A stretch of DNA of 64,000 nt from Smithellaceae bacterium (GCA_963667845.2 CAXXVL010000002.1:1216001-1280000), one strand, 5' to 3'. Shown: positions 37,114 to 47,236, counted from the first letter of the stretch. Notes: a model not told the origin generated them from the letters alone. Program-made: numbers and translations.

Positions 37114-37197
37114 CTAAAATAATTCCGGCCGAATGATGGTGACCAGAAGATAGATAATCAAAACAACGCCGATTAAACCGACAATGATTTCCAGCAT
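37114..37197 (-). CDS. kdpF: K+-transporting ATPase subunit F (27 aa)
   Basis: Manual translation MLEIIVGLIGVVLIIYLLVTIIRPELF. YL....RPE.F signature, RBS GGAGG. Confidence 0.9.
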   Translation of the reverse strand: MLEIIVGLIGVVLIIYLLVTIIRPELF

Positions 37198-37286
37198 GAC
37201 TCAAACCTCCCACAAGCTTTGGCAAATAAAATGCAAAGACCAAAAACTAAAATGGTGACACTAAAATAAACAATATCCGCGAACAT
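37173..37286 (-). CDS. Small hydrophobic peptide upstream of kdpF (37 aa)
   Basis: MFADIVYFSVTILVFGLCILFAKACGRFESCWKSLSV. Single TM, RBS AAGGT, first ORF after the sigma-54 promoter. Confidence 0.6.
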   Translation of the reverse strand: MFADIVYFSVTILVFGLCILFAKACGRFESCWKSLSV

Positions 37287-37307
37287 GATTTACCTTCGTT
37301 AAGATAC

Positions 37308-37324
37308 CGCAACGAGTGTGCCAA
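37308..37324 (-). promoter_or_regulatory. Sigma-54 (-24/-12) promoter of the kdp operon
   Basis: Minus strand TTGGCAC-ACTCG-TTGCG with exact consensus spacing. An AT-rich tract (about 37340-37370) and palindrome TTGCA-TTT-TGCAA (37386-37398) lie upstream. Confidence 0.8.
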
Positions 37325-37434
37325 AAAGCACAGCTGCTATGTTTATGAATTAATATAGTTATTATTAAATTGGCAGCAAGGTCCTTTGCATTTTGCAAAA
37401 GATGCATCAGGGAAGATTGAAGATTGCAAGGCGG

Positions 37435-38781
37435 CTAGATGCCGTATTGCTTGCGGCGGCGCCAGAGCGTGGCCTGGTCGATCCCGAGAAGATCGGCCGC
37501 CTCCTGTAAAGACCGGGTTAAAGCCAGCACCCGTCGAATATGTTCTTCCTCAATTTTATCGAGGGAGACCGGGTCACCGATCCTGATCGCCTTATACGTG
37601 GCGTGCATGTTTTCCGGGAGATGGTCGATGCCGATCCGGTTCCCTTCGCACAGGATAACAGCCCTCTCGATAACATTTCTCAGTTCTCGGACATTTCCCG
37701 GCCAAAGGTAACTTTTCAACAGCTGCAGCGCTTCGTCGGTAAACCCCAACAGCGTCTTGTGACAGCTTTTTCCGAAAAATATCAGCAGGCCGTTGGCCAG
37801 AGAGGCAATATCATCAGGCCGTTCCCTGAGTGGCGGGATTTCAATCTGAATGACATTGAGCCGATAATAAAGATCCTCGCGGAAACGACCTTCACCGACC
37901 GATTTGGGCAAGTCGATATTGGTGGCGGCGATGATTCTCACATCGGCTCGGCGGGTCACATAATCCCCGATGCGTTCATACTCCTTCTCCTGGACAAATC
38001 GCAAGAGCTTCGGCTGAAGCGAGAGGGGCAAATCGCCGATTTCGTCAAGCAGCAGCGTCCCCCCGTTGCACATGCTGATCCGTCCGGGATTGTCGCGCAC
38101 AGCGCCGGTAAAAGCTCCCTTGATATGTCCGAACAATTCACTCTCCAGAAGTTCCGGCGACAAGGAAGGACAGGAAATAACGCCAAACGGCATCGCCGCC
38201 CGCCGGCTCCATGCGTGAATCGCTTTGGCCAGCACCGTCTTACCGGTTCCGCTTTCACCGCGGATGAGAAGAGTGGCATCAGAGGGGGCCGTCTGTCGCG
38301 ACAGGTTAACGGCCCGCGTCATGGCCGCGCTTAAGCTTGCAAAATCGACAGCGGAATGCGTGCGCCCCAGGTCTTCGCGCAAGGCAGTGATCTTTTGCTC
38401 CAGATCGCGAATATCAAATACCTTGTGGATAGCCAGCTTAACCTGAGCCGGGGTAAAGGGTTTAGGAAGATAGTCGGTCGCTCCTCGTTTTATCGCTTCC
38501 ACAGCGGTTTCTATAGAGGCATAGGCCGTAATTACGATAATCTTAAGCGATGGCGTGGCGGCTAGCAATGCAGGAATCAGGTCGAGTCCGCTGGTTGTTC
38601 CCAAACGGAGATCCACGAAAGCAACGTCGAAGGATTTTCTTGATGCTTCGGAGAGTGCGTCGTCAAAGTTGCTGACCGCTGCCACCTGGTATCCTTCCGT
38701 CTCCAGGCATATGGCCAGCATCTTACGGATGTTCACTTCATCGTCGACGATGAGAAAATTGAATTGACTAGTTTCTTTCGT
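37435..38781 (-). CDS. Sigma-54-dependent response regulator (REC-AAA+-HTH bEBP)
   Basis: FLIVDDE, FVDLRL, GESGTGKT, GAFTGA, LLDEIG, WPGNVREL, C-terminal HTH. The receiver beta1 lies upstream of the first canonical start (GTG 38736), so the probable start is ACG at 38781. Confidence 0.9.
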   Translation of the reverse strand, partial: TKETSQFNFLIVDDEVNIRKMLAICLETEGYQVAAVSNFDDALSEASRKSFDVAFVDLRLGTTSGLDLIPALLAATPSLKIIVITAYASIETAVEAIKRGATDYLPKPFTPAQVKLAIHKVFDIRDLEQKITALREDLGRTHSAVDFASLSAAMTRAVNLSRQTAPSDATLLIRGESGTGKTVLAKAIHAWSRRAAMPFGVISCPSLSPELLESELFGHIKGAFTGAVRDNPGRISMCNGGTLLLDEIGDLPLSLQPKLLRFVQEKEYERIGDYVTRRADVRIIAATNIDLPKSVGEGRFREDLYYRLNVIQIEIPPLRERPDDIASLANGLLIFFGKSCHKTLLGFTDEALQLLKSYLWPGNVRELRNVIERAVILCEGNRIGIDHLPENMHATYKAIRIGDPVSLDKIEEEHIRRVLALTRSLQEAADLLGIDQATLWRRRKQYGI

Positions 38782-38821
38782 AACCAGTACCCCTTATAAT
38801 GAATTTGAGAGTCGGCAGCAT

Positions 38822-38857
38822 AAAGTCCCCGCAGGGTTCTTACCTGCGGGGACTTTT
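38822..38857 (-). terminator. Intrinsic terminator after the fadB-like gene
   Basis: AAAGTCCCCGCAGG / CCTGCGGGGACTTT stem. Confidence 0.8.
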
Positions 38858-38865
38858 CGTGAAGC

Positions 38866-40950
38866 TTATTTCGAATAGAACCCTTTACCCGCCTTGGCGA
38901 GTTTTTCCAGAAGCGGTGCCGGCGTCCAGTATTCGGCGCCGACCAGATCCTTGTATTTGAGAATCGCATCGTAAACTTTCTTGACGCCGACCGTGTCGGC
39001 ATAGAACATCGGGCCGCCCAGGTAGACCGGGAAGCCATAGCCATAGAGCCAGACCACGTCAATGTCGAGCGGCCGCGCGGCGATGCCTTCTTCCAGGATC
39101 TTCGCGCCTTCGTTGATCATCGAGTAAATCGCGCGTTCAACGATCTCCTGATCCGTGATGATTCGGCGCTGAATGCCGACTTCCTTCGAGTGATTGACGA
39201 TCAGCTCTTCAATCATGGGGTCGGGGGTGGCATTGCGCTTCTCGTCATACTTGTAGAAACCCGAGCCGGTTTTCTGACCGAAACGGCCCATCTCGCAGAT
39301 CTTGTCGAGAATCGTGTTTTTCTGTTCACGTTTGGTGAGGGAGGCGAACTTCGCCTTGCGGTTCCGCCAGCCGACATCGAGACCCGCCATGTCGCCCATC
39401 TGATAGGGACCCATCGGGAAGCCGAAGTTGTAGATGACCTTGTCGATCTGCCAGGGAAGGGCGCCTTCTTCCAGCATGAAACCGCATTCTCTTGTCCGCT
39501 TGGCGAGCATCCGGTTCCCGACAAAGCCGTCGCAGACACCGACCAGCACCGGGACTTTGCCGATGGTCTTGCCCACCTTCATGGCCGTGGCGTAAACTTC
39601 CGGATTTGTCTTCGCGCCTTTGACGTTTTCCAGCAATCTCATGACGTTCGCCGGACTGAAGAAATGCATGCCCATGACATCCTGGGGTCTTTTGGTCATG
39701 GCGGCGATTTCGTCAATGTTCAGATAAGAGGTATTGGAGGCCAGGATCGCACCCGGTTTGCAGACCGCATCGAGTTTCGTAAAGACTTCCTTCTTAATGG
39801 CCATGTCTTCAAACACGGCTTCAATGACCAGATCGACATTCTTTAAATCTTCATAAGCCAGGGTGGGTTTGATCAAGGACAGGCGTTTGTCCATGACTTC
39901 CTGCTTCAAGGAGCCTTTGGCCACGGTGTTGGCGTAGTTCTTCTTAATAACGGCCATGCCCTTGTCGATAAACTCCTGCTTGACGTCCAGAAGAACAACG
40001 GGAATGCCGGCATTGGCAAAGCACATGGCAATGCCCCCGCCCATGGTGCCCGCACCGAGAATACCGGCGGATTTAATCTCCCTGGTCGGCTGGTTATCGG
40101 GCAGCCCCGGAATCCTGACGACTTCTCTTTCGGCAAAGAAAACATGCCGCTGGGCCTTCGACTGGTCGGAGGCCTGCAGTTCCGTAAAGATCGCGCGTTC
40201 TTTCTTCATGCCTTCGGCAAAAGGCAGTTCGGTTGCCGCCTTCACGGCTTCGATGCATTTGTAGGGAGCGATAAAACCCCGGAACTTCCGGGCATTGGCC
40301 TTGGCGAAATCATCAAAGACGGTGGGGGAATCCACTTTGGCCGTAAGAGAACTTACTTTCCTCAAGGGGCGTTTCTCATCAACCACTTTCCTGGCAAAAG
40401 CCAGAGCCGCCGCCTTCAGGTCGCCTTCCACGATTTCATCCAGAATCCCCATCGCTTTAGCCTTAGCTGCGGGAATCGGGGTTCCGGAGGTGATCATCTC
40501 CAGCGCCGTCTGCACACCGGCGATGCGCGGCAGTCGCTGCGTCCCGCCGGCGCCCGGCAGCAATCCCAGCTTCACTTCAGGCAGGCCCACTTTCGCGGTA
40601 GGAACAGCAATGCGGAAATGGCAGCTAAGGGGAATCTCCAGCCCTCCGCCCAATGCCGTGCCATGGATTGCCGCAATCACCGGCTTGGGGGAGTTTTCGA
40701 TGAACTGGCAAACATCCGGTAAATGGGGTTCCATCGGCGGCTTGCCGAATTCCCGGATATCCGCTCCCGCGATAAAAGTCCGGCCCTCGCAAATAATGAT
40801 CATTGCCGCAATATCTTTATCCGCAATGCCTTTTTCAATGCCCGACTTGATCCCGGCCCGCACGGCCTGTGCCAGAGCATTGACCGGCGGATTGTTGACC
40901 GTAATCAAACCGACATTGCCTTCCTTCGAAAACGTCACGATCTCTGCCAT
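38866..40950 (-). CDS. Multifunctional enoyl-CoA hydratase / 3-hydroxyacyl-CoA dehydrogenase (FadB-like)
   Basis: NPPVNAL, AGADI, GGGLE, PEVKLG, GAGTMGGGIA, EAVFE, SNTS, HFFSP, GFVGNR. Confidence 0.93.
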   Translation of the reverse strand: MAEIVTFSKEGNVGLITVNNPPVNALAQAVRAGIKSGIEKGIADKDIAAMIIICEGRTFIAGADIREFGKPPMEPHLPDVCQFIENSPKPVIAAIHGTALGGGLEIPLSCHFRIAVPTAKVGLPEVKLGLLPGAGGTQRLPRIAGVQTALEMITSGTPIPAAKAKAMGILDEIVEGDLKAAALAFARKVVDEKRPLRKVSSLTAKVDSPTVFDDFAKANARKFRGFIAPYKCIEAVKAATELPFAEGMKKERAIFTELQASDQSKAQRHVFFAEREVVRIPGLPDNQPTREIKSAGILGAGTMGGGIAMCFANAGIPVVLLDVKQEFIDKGMAVIKKNYANTVAKGSLKQEVMDKRLSLIKPTLAYEDLKNVDLVIEAVFEDMAIKKEVFTKLDAVCKPGAILASNTSYLNIDEIAAMTKRPQDVMGMHFFSPANVMRLLENVKGAKTNPEVYATAMKVGKTIGKVPVLVGVCDGFVGNRMLAKRTRECGFMLEEGALPWQIDKVIYNFGFPMGPYQMGDMAGLDVGWRNRKAKFASLTKREQKNTILDKICEMGRFGQKTGSGFYKYDEKRNATPDPMIEELIVNHSKEVGIQRRIITDQEIVERAIYSMINEGAKILEEGIAARPLDIDVVWLYGYGFPVYLGGPMFYADTVGVKKVYDAILKYKDLVGAEYWTPAPLLEKLAKAGKGFYSK

Positions 40951-41229
40951 AAGATTTTATCTCCTTTATATTTATTTTGTGTTTTTTAGTGAGGGATGGC
41001 ACGTTGCCGATCATTTGTCAAGATGCCGCAGTGCGGGCCGACGATCACTTTTGTGGCCGTTTTTGACGCAATACGGGTTCTTGATAAGTTGAGAAAAATA
41101 GGATACTTTCACATATGGAAATCGTTTCGGGCCGGAATCGGCGGTTGCTAAAGATTCATCGATTACTTTAGAGACGGCCGCGTCGAGAAAAATTGATGAT
41201 GCACCGGATGGATCGGAAGGAGAATCATT

Positions 41230-41658
41230 ATGCCTGAACAGTTGGAAGCCGCCGTCACTCTGATCAATGACAAAATTCAATTTTCCGGCGTGGCCGGAGA
41301 TAATCCGGCAATCACCTTCGATTATTATCCGCCGATCGGAGATGGAAAAGGGTTTACAGGTCTGGAAGTCTTATTGCTTAGCCTGGCCGGATGCAGCGCC
41401 TCGACCGTGGTCTATCTGCTGCGCACCATGAAGAAGAATATTGCCGGCTTTCAGGTGCAGGCCAGTGGTGTGAGGCGCGAGACGCATCCGACGTCCCTCA
41501 AAACCATAACGCTGCGGTTTATTCTACGTTCAGCGGATGTTAAGGACGCCGACATGCAGAAGGTCATCCAATTGGCCGAAGAAACCTACTGCCCCGTGTG
41601 GGCGATGTTGAAAGGCAACGTGGATGTTATTACCCAATATAAAATAGAGAAGGGATAG
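41230..41658 (+). CDS. OsmC family protein
   Basis: LSLAGCS and YCPV cysteine pair. RBS AAGGAG. Confidence 0.85.
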   Translation: MPEQLEAAVTLINDKIQFSGVAGDNPAITFDYYPPIGDGKGFTGLEVLLLSLAGCSASTVVYLLRTMKKNIAGFQVQASGVRRETHPTSLKTITLRFILRSADVKDADMQKVIQLAEETYCPVWAMLKGNVDVITQYKIEKG

Positions 41659-41662
41659 AACA

Positions 41663-42010
41663 ATGGCAATGTTTTACAAGAAAAACGGTGAAGGTTATCA
41701 TTCACGGATCAGAGGCATTGATCAAAAAACACTGGTTTACGGAGAACGGACATTGCTTACCGAATTTCGGCTCAAAGAAGGCAGTATCATTCCCCGGCAT
41801 TCGCACCCCAATGAGCAGACGGGTTATCTGATCAGCGGCCGTATGGTTTTCACGGTGGGCGATGAAGAATTCGATGCGCGAGCAGGCGACAGCTGGTGCA
41901 TTGCCGCCGGCGTCGAACATTCCGCAGATGTCATCGCAGACTCAGTGGCCGTCGAAGTCTTTTTCCCCGTGCGCGAGGATTATCTTCCGGATAAAAAATT
42001 TGTCGCTTGA
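41663..42010 (+). CDS. Cupin domain protein
   Basis: HSHPNEQ, GDSWCI..GVEH, PVREDY. Confidence 0.88.
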   Translation: MAMFYKKNGEGYHSRIRGIDQKTLVYGERTLLTEFRLKEGSIIPRHSHPNEQTGYLISGRMVFTVGDEEFDARAGDSWCIAAGVEHSADVIADSVAVEVFFPVREDYLPDKKFVA

Positions 42011-42033
42011 TAAAGAATGAGGAGGCTTCATCT

Positions 42034-42801
42034 ATGAAACAATTTGCATTGACGCCGGCTGCCGGCAAGAGGCTGATCGGCAAGGCCGTTGCCAAGCATC
42101 CGGGAGTTCTGGCCGCACTTAAAGGCGGGACGGTGGTGGTCATCGCCGGGACCACCAATGGTTATGTGGCTGAGGAATTGCTCGCGGCGATAGGGCAGGC
42201 GCAGGATTTCCGGAAGGGACGTTTTTTCCGCGGCATTATTTTACCGCCTGTCCGTCCGAAAAAAGAAGATGGACGGCTTCCCGATGAAAGCGGCTTTCCG
42301 GGCGATGTCGTGATTCGGGAAGGCGTTTGGCAGAAGGGCAAAACCATTTTCGACGTCGCCTCTGATCTGAAGGAGGGGGACGTCATTTTGAAAGGGGCTA
42401 ATGCCGTTGATCTGGAAAGACGGCGGGCGGCGATCCTGATCGGGCATCCGCAGGCGGGGACTATCGGCGCATCGCTTCCGGCATACTACGGCCGACGCGT
42501 GCGCCTGATTATTCCGGTGGGCCTGGAAAAACGTATCTCTGGAAATCTCGATGATCTCGCTGCCCAAATCAATGAGCCGGGCGTTCAGGGTCCGAGGCTC
42601 TTGCCGGTGCCCGGTGAAATTATCACTGAACTTGATGCCATTGTGCGGCTCACGGGAGCCAGAGCCCGGATGATTGCCGCGGGCGGTGTGGCCGGCGCGG
42701 AAGGCAGTGTCTGGCTTGCCATCAGCGGTGAACCATCGCAGGAAGATGATGCAGCGGCTCTTTTGCAGTCGGTTGCCGGAGAACCGATGTTTGAGCTCTA
42801 A
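42034..42801 (+). CDS. Conserved hypothetical protein
   Basis: Long clean ORF with RBS GAGGAGG and glycine motifs ([32 protein letters not shown]). Function not recognised. Confidence 0.7.
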   Translation: MKQFALTPAAGKRLIGKAVAKHPGVLAALKGGTVVVIAGTTNGYVAEELLAAIGQAQDFRKGRFFRGIILPPVRPKKEDGRLPDESGFPGDVVIREGVWQKGKTIFDVASDLKEGDVILKGANAVDLERRRAAILIGHPQAGTIGASLPAYYGRRVRLIIPVGLEKRISGNLDDLAAQINEPGVQGPRLLPVPGEIITELDAIVRLTGARARMIAAGGVAGAEGSVWLAISGEPSQEDDAAALLQSVAGEPMFEL

Positions 42802-42812
42802 GGAAATATCGC

Positions 42813-45593
42813 ATGGCGCATAATAAGGAAGATAATCAATCCGTGCCGGAAGATTCCATTCACTCCTGGGAATATAGTACTGATGCGCAAGGCCGGATAG
42901 CTTACATTTCACCTTTCTGGCGCAGTTCCACCGGGATCCTGCCGGAGGATATCCTGAAAGACCCCTTGTCCATATCGAGAATCATTCATCCTGACGATCT
43001 GCCTGGCTATAAAGAACATATAAGAAACGCCTATGAAAAGAAACTGCCCGGTGCAATGGAATATCGCATTCTTCTGCCCGACAATACGATCCGCTGGATC
43101 AGTCACTCCTGCGGGCCTTTTTTTGATGAAGAAGGCCGGTACGCCGGTACAAGAGGAAGAAGTTGGGATATCACCGAGCGGAAAAATTTTGAACATGTCG
43201 TCACGGTGCAGCGTGATCTGGGACTGGTCCTGGACGAGGCCGCTTCTCTTCAGGAATCGCTTCACTTATGTCTTAATGCGGCACTTTTGGTATCCGGGCT
43301 CGAAGCGGGCGGAATTTATATGCTGGATCAGGCGACCGGAGACTTGAACCTGCTTTTATCTTCCGGTCACACCGATGAATTTGTGCGAATCAACCGCAAG
43401 CTTCCGGTTGATTCGCAGAAAGCTCAGATCTTAATGACCGGTAAGCCGTTTTATTTAAGCAGTCAAGATATCCGGGAACTCCATGCGAAGGATCTGCTTG
43501 ACGAAAAGATGCTTTCCATTGCGGCTGTTCCCCTTGTTGATCAGGGAGAGGTGTTCGGTTCGCTTCACATCGGGTCGCGTGAACACAGTGAGATACCCGT
43601 GCACAGCCGCTACGCCCTGGAAACCATCGCCCGACAGGTCGGCGCGGCCATTTTACGCATGCAGGCCGAAGAAAGGCTCAGAGCCAGCGAGGCAAAGTAC
43701 CGGGCTATCTTCGAGAATGCGGTTGAAGGCATATTTCAAACAACTCCGGAAGGCGGGATCATGAGCGTCAATAGCAAGATGGCCCGGCTCTTCGGTTACG
43801 ACTCCCCGCAGGACATGATGAGCCGGGTGCACAACGTCAAAGAACTTTACGCAAATCCCGAAGACAGAATAGCCTTTCGCCGCGAAATCGACAGGACGGG
43901 AATCCTGCAGAAATATGAAGTTCTGTCCGTTCGAAAAGACGGGACGAAGATGTTAATTGCAGTGAGCGCCGGAGCGGTCAAAGACAAAGAAGGCAATGTG
44001 ATTTATTACGACGGCTTTTATGAAGATATTACCGAGCGAAAAAAGATGGAGCGGGATCTTCGTGAGAGTGAAGAGCGTCTGCGCGGCATTGTGGAGACAT
44101 CCAATGCCGGTATCATGATGATCACTCTGGCCGGGCAAATCCTGTTCGCCAACAGGCAAATGGCCGGTATGCTGGGATATGATCATGAAAGATTTGTGAA
44201 GGGCAACTACTACGATTATGTGCACGCCGACGATAAACTGAATATCGACCGCAATCTCGGCGCACTGGAACGCGGGGACGTCGACCGGCTGTCCGTAGAA
44301 CGCCGTTTTTTGCGTGCGGACGGTACTTCGTGGTGGGGATATGTGTGCGGCGGGCGTTTCCAGACGGCGCCGGGCAAATTCCAGGTCGTTCTGATTATTT
44401 CCGATATGACGCACATCAAGAGAGTGGAAGAGGAAAAGAAGCTGCTGGAAGAACACTTGAGGCAGGCCCAGAAGATGGAGGCGATCGGCACTCTGGCCGG
44501 CGGAATTGCTCACGACTTTAACAATATCCTGGCGTCCATGATGGGTTTCACGGAGATGGCCGCGAGGGAAACGCGCCGGGCGGCAAGGAACGATTATCTT
44601 GATCAGGTTTTGCTGGCATGTGAGCGGGCGAAGAATCTGGTCAATCAGATTCTTGCATTCAGCCGCAGCCGCGAACAGGAAAGAAGGCCCTTGGATATCC
44701 GGCTGGTTCTGAAAGAAGCGTTGAGTCTGCTCAGGGCCAGCCTGCCGAGTACCATTGAAATCAAATCGGATATTGCCCGAGAGGAAATGCTTGTTCTCGC
44801 GGATCCCACAGAGATTCACCAGATCACAATGAATTTATGCACCAATGCCGCACACGCGATGCAGGATAAGGGCGGCGTGCTGACCATAAGCCTGACAAGC
44901 GTCGGGATTCCTCAGGCGGCGCGTCCGGCTCATCCTGATCTTCAGGCGGGAGACTACGTGCGGTTATCCGTCTCGGATACCGGCCACGGCATCGGCGCGG
45001 ATATCAAAGAGAAGATATTCGATCCGTTCTTCACAACCAAGAAGGACCAAGAGGGGACCGGATTGGGCCTGTCCGTTGTTTATGGTATCGTAAAGAATGC
45101 CGGCGGCGTAATTGACATGCAAAGCGTCGCGGGGCAGGGCGCGACCTTTACGATCTACCTGCCGCAAATTTCGCCTTGTGAAAACACGGAAGCAGGTGAC
45201 CGGGACGGCGTGGACATGCCGGGTTCGGAAAGCATTCTTTTTGTGGACGATGAAGAAATGCTGGTGAGAATGGCGAAAAAATATTTTCAAGAGATGGGAT
45301 ATCAAGTTACGGCAACGACCAGCAGCCCTGAGGCGTTGCAATTGTTTCAGGAAAACCCCGCAAGGTTTGATCTGGTCATCGCCGACATGACGATGCCGCA
45401 CATTACCGGGACGTCACTGTGCCGGGCCTTTTTAAAGATTCGTCCGAAATTGCCGATTATTCTCTGTACAGGCTACAGCGATGCCGCATCCATGTCAGAA
45501 ATTGAAAAACTCAATATCCGGGAACTTGTCTTGAAACCCGTATTTGTTAGAGATTTGGGTTTGCGAGTCAGGAGGATTCTGGATAAAGAATAA
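42813..45593 (+). CDS. Hybrid histidine kinase PAS-GAF-PAS-PAS-HisKA-HATPase-REC
   Basis: IHPDD, DITER PAS ends, GIAHDFNN, NLCTNA, DPFFTTK, GTGLGL, VDDE/ADMTMP receiver. Confidence 0.93.
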   Translation: MAHNKEDNQSVPEDSIHSWEYSTDAQGRIAYISPFWRSSTGILPEDILKDPLSISRIIHPDDLPGYKEHIRNAYEKKLPGAMEYRILLPDNTIRWISHSCGPFFDEEGRYAGTRGRSWDITERKNFEHVVTVQRDLGLVLDEAASLQESLHLCLNAALLVSGLEAGGIYMLDQATGDLNLLLSSGHTDEFVRINRKLPVDSQKAQILMTGKPFYLSSQDIRELHAKDLLDEKMLSIAAVPLVDQGEVFGSLHIGSREHSEIPVHSRYALETIARQVGAAILRMQAEERLRASEAKYRAIFENAVEGIFQTTPEGGIMSVNSKMARLFGYDSPQDMMSRVHNVKELYANPEDRIAFRREIDRTGILQKYEVLSVRKDGTKMLIAVSAGAVKDKEGNVIYYDGFYEDITERKKMERDLRESEERLRGIVETSNAGIMMITLAGQILFANRQMAGMLGYDHERFVKGNYYDYVHADDKLNIDRNLGALERGDVDRLSVERRFLRADGTSWWGYVCGGRFQTAPGKFQVVLIISDMTHIKRVEEEKKLLEEHLRQAQKMEAIGTLAGGIAHDFNNILASMMGFTEMAARETRRAARNDYLDQVLLACERAKNLVNQILAFSRSREQERRPLDIRLVLKEALSLLRASLPSTIEIKSDIAREEMLVLADPTEIHQITMNLCTNAAHAMQDKGGVLTISLTSVGIPQAARPAHPDLQAGDYVRLSVSDTGHGIGADIKEKIFDPFFTTKKDQEGTGLGLSVVYGIVKNAGGVIDMQSVAGQGATFTIYLPQISPCENTEAGDRDGVDMPGSESILFVDDEEMLVRMAKKYFQEMGYQVTATTSSPEALQLFQENPARFDLVIADMTMPHITGTSLCRAFLKIRPKLPIILCTGYSDAASMSEIEKLNIRELVLKPVFVRDLGLRVRRILDKE

Positions 45594-45626
45594 AAATCCG
45601 GTTTTGAAGCAGGAAGAGGGTGACCT

Positions 45627-47021
45627 ATGGCCAAAGTGTTGATTATCGATGATGATGAAATGTTTTGCCGATTATTATCCGGCGCGCTTAAAGCTGACAA
45701 ACATATCATATCCTGCGCCTATTGTCTCAAGGACGGTTTGAGGCTTGTTTCCACTGACTCGTTCGATGTCGTTTTTCTCGACGTTCGTCTGCCGGACGGC
45801 AACGGCCTGGACAAATTGTCCGAGATCCGCGAAGCGGCATCGGAACCGGAAGTGATTATCCTGACGGGTGCAGGAACAGCGAATGGCGCAGAACTGGCAA
45901 TTCGCAGCGGCGCCTGGGATTACATTCAGAAACCATCGTCCATCAGTTCGATGACGCTTCCTCTGTTGCGAGCCCTGCAATACCGGGAAGAAAAATTGAA
46001 GAAACAGCCGATGGCCAATCTGAAGCTTACCGGCACAATCGGCAAAAGCTCGCAAATGAAAGCATGCTATAATCTGGTTACCCAGGCGGCATCCAGTGAT
46101 GCCAGCGTCTTAATCACGGGTGAGACGGGTACCGGCAAGGAGCTCTTTGCCAAGGCGATTCATGAAAACAGTGCCCGGGCGAGCCACAGTTTTGTCATCG
46201 TCGATTGCGCCGCGCTCACGCAGAGTCTGACGGAAAGCGCACTTTTCGGATATGAAAAAGGCGCTTTCACCGGCGCTGATCAGCGTCGGGACGGCCTCAT
46301 CAAGCAGGCCCACGGCGGAACTTTGTTTCTGGATGAGATCGGGGAACTTCCGATCGCCATTCAAAAAAGTTTTCTCAGAGTCCTCCAGGAGCATCGTTTT
46401 CGTCCTCTGGGGAGCGCCAAAGAAATGGAAAGCGATTTCCGCCTGATCGCAGCCACAAACCGCGACTTGGAGCAGCTGGTTGCCGAAGGGCTGTTTCGGG
46501 AAGATCTTCTTTTTCGGATTCGTTCCATAACGCTCAAGGTGCCGGCGCTCCGGGATCATCTGGACGATCTGATTGAAATTGCCGTTTACCATACGGCGAG
46601 AATTTGTGAACGCAGCCGGATTGAGCCCAAAAAACTTTCACCGGACTTTCAGGAAGCATTACTTTCCTATAACTGGCCGGGGAATGTCCGGGAACTGGTC
46701 AATGCCGTTGAACGGGCCATTGCGGCCGCTCTCTCCGCACCAACGCTTTTCCATCAGCACCTGCCCAGCACGATACGCGTTAAACTGGCTCAGGGGAAAA
46801 GTCTGGCGGATCGCCCTCAGGAGGAAGTAAGAGCTGTTTCCACATTCCCCAAATTGAAGAATCTGCGGGAAGCCGCTTACGCACAGATTGAAAAGAAATA
46901 TATGGAGGACCTGTTGAAACTGACCGGCGGCGACATTGAACACGCCTGCCGGATAGCCGACCTCAGCCGTACGAGGTTCTACGAAATTTTGCGAAAACAT
47001 CATATCCCACTGAAAAATTAA
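45627..47021 (+). CDS. Sigma-54-dependent response regulator (NtrC family)
   Basis: IIDDD, FLDVRLP, GETGTGKE, GAFTGA, FLDEIG, WPGNVREL, HTH. Confidence 0.93.
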   Translation: MAKVLIIDDDEMFCRLLSGALKADKHIISCAYCLKDGLRLVSTDSFDVVFLDVRLPDGNGLDKLSEIREAASEPEVIILTGAGTANGAELAIRSGAWDYIQKPSSISSMTLPLLRALQYREEKLKKQPMANLKLTGTIGKSSQMKACYNLVTQAASSDASVLITGETGTGKELFAKAIHENSARASHSFVIVDCAALTQSLTESALFGYEKGAFTGADQRRDGLIKQAHGGTLFLDEIGELPIAIQKSFLRVLQEHRFRPLGSAKEMESDFRLIAATNRDLEQLVAEGLFREDLLFRIRSITLKVPALRDHLDDLIEIAVYHTARICERSRIEPKKLSPDFQEALLSYNWPGNVRELVNAVERAIAAALSAPTLFHQHLPSTIRVKLAQGKSLADRPQEEVRAVSTFPKLKNLREAAYAQIEKKYMEDLLKLTGGDIEHACRIADLSRTRFYEILRKHHIPLKN

Positions 47022-47049
47022 GCGAACCGACCATTTTTTTTAATCGCTG

Positions 47050-47193
47050 GGGAAAAACCATAGCTCAAACGGTTTTTCCGTGCAAATCCGCTTTCCCATA
47101 CAAATCTATCTTTCTATCCTTCACCTTACAGGCTCAATTTAATTGTTATAATTAAGAAATTACCGGAAATCAGTATCTGGCACGTTTGTTGGA
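47050..47193 (+). promoter_or_regulatory. Enhancer (ACGG-TTTTT-CCGT) + sigma-54-like promoter, copy 1
   Basis: AACGGTTTTTCCGTGCAAATCC at 47068 and TGGCAC-GTTTG-TTGGA at 47178, 110 bp apart. Confidence 0.65.
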
Positions 47194-47236
47194 CTGCATA
47201 GATCCACGGCAGACGCGCCAGGGCAATCCATTGAGA

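Noticed and set aside
41011..41280. 89-aa minus-strand ORF between the fadB-like gene and osmC
   Set aside because: It overlaps the osmC start, has no motifs and lies in a divergent promoter region.
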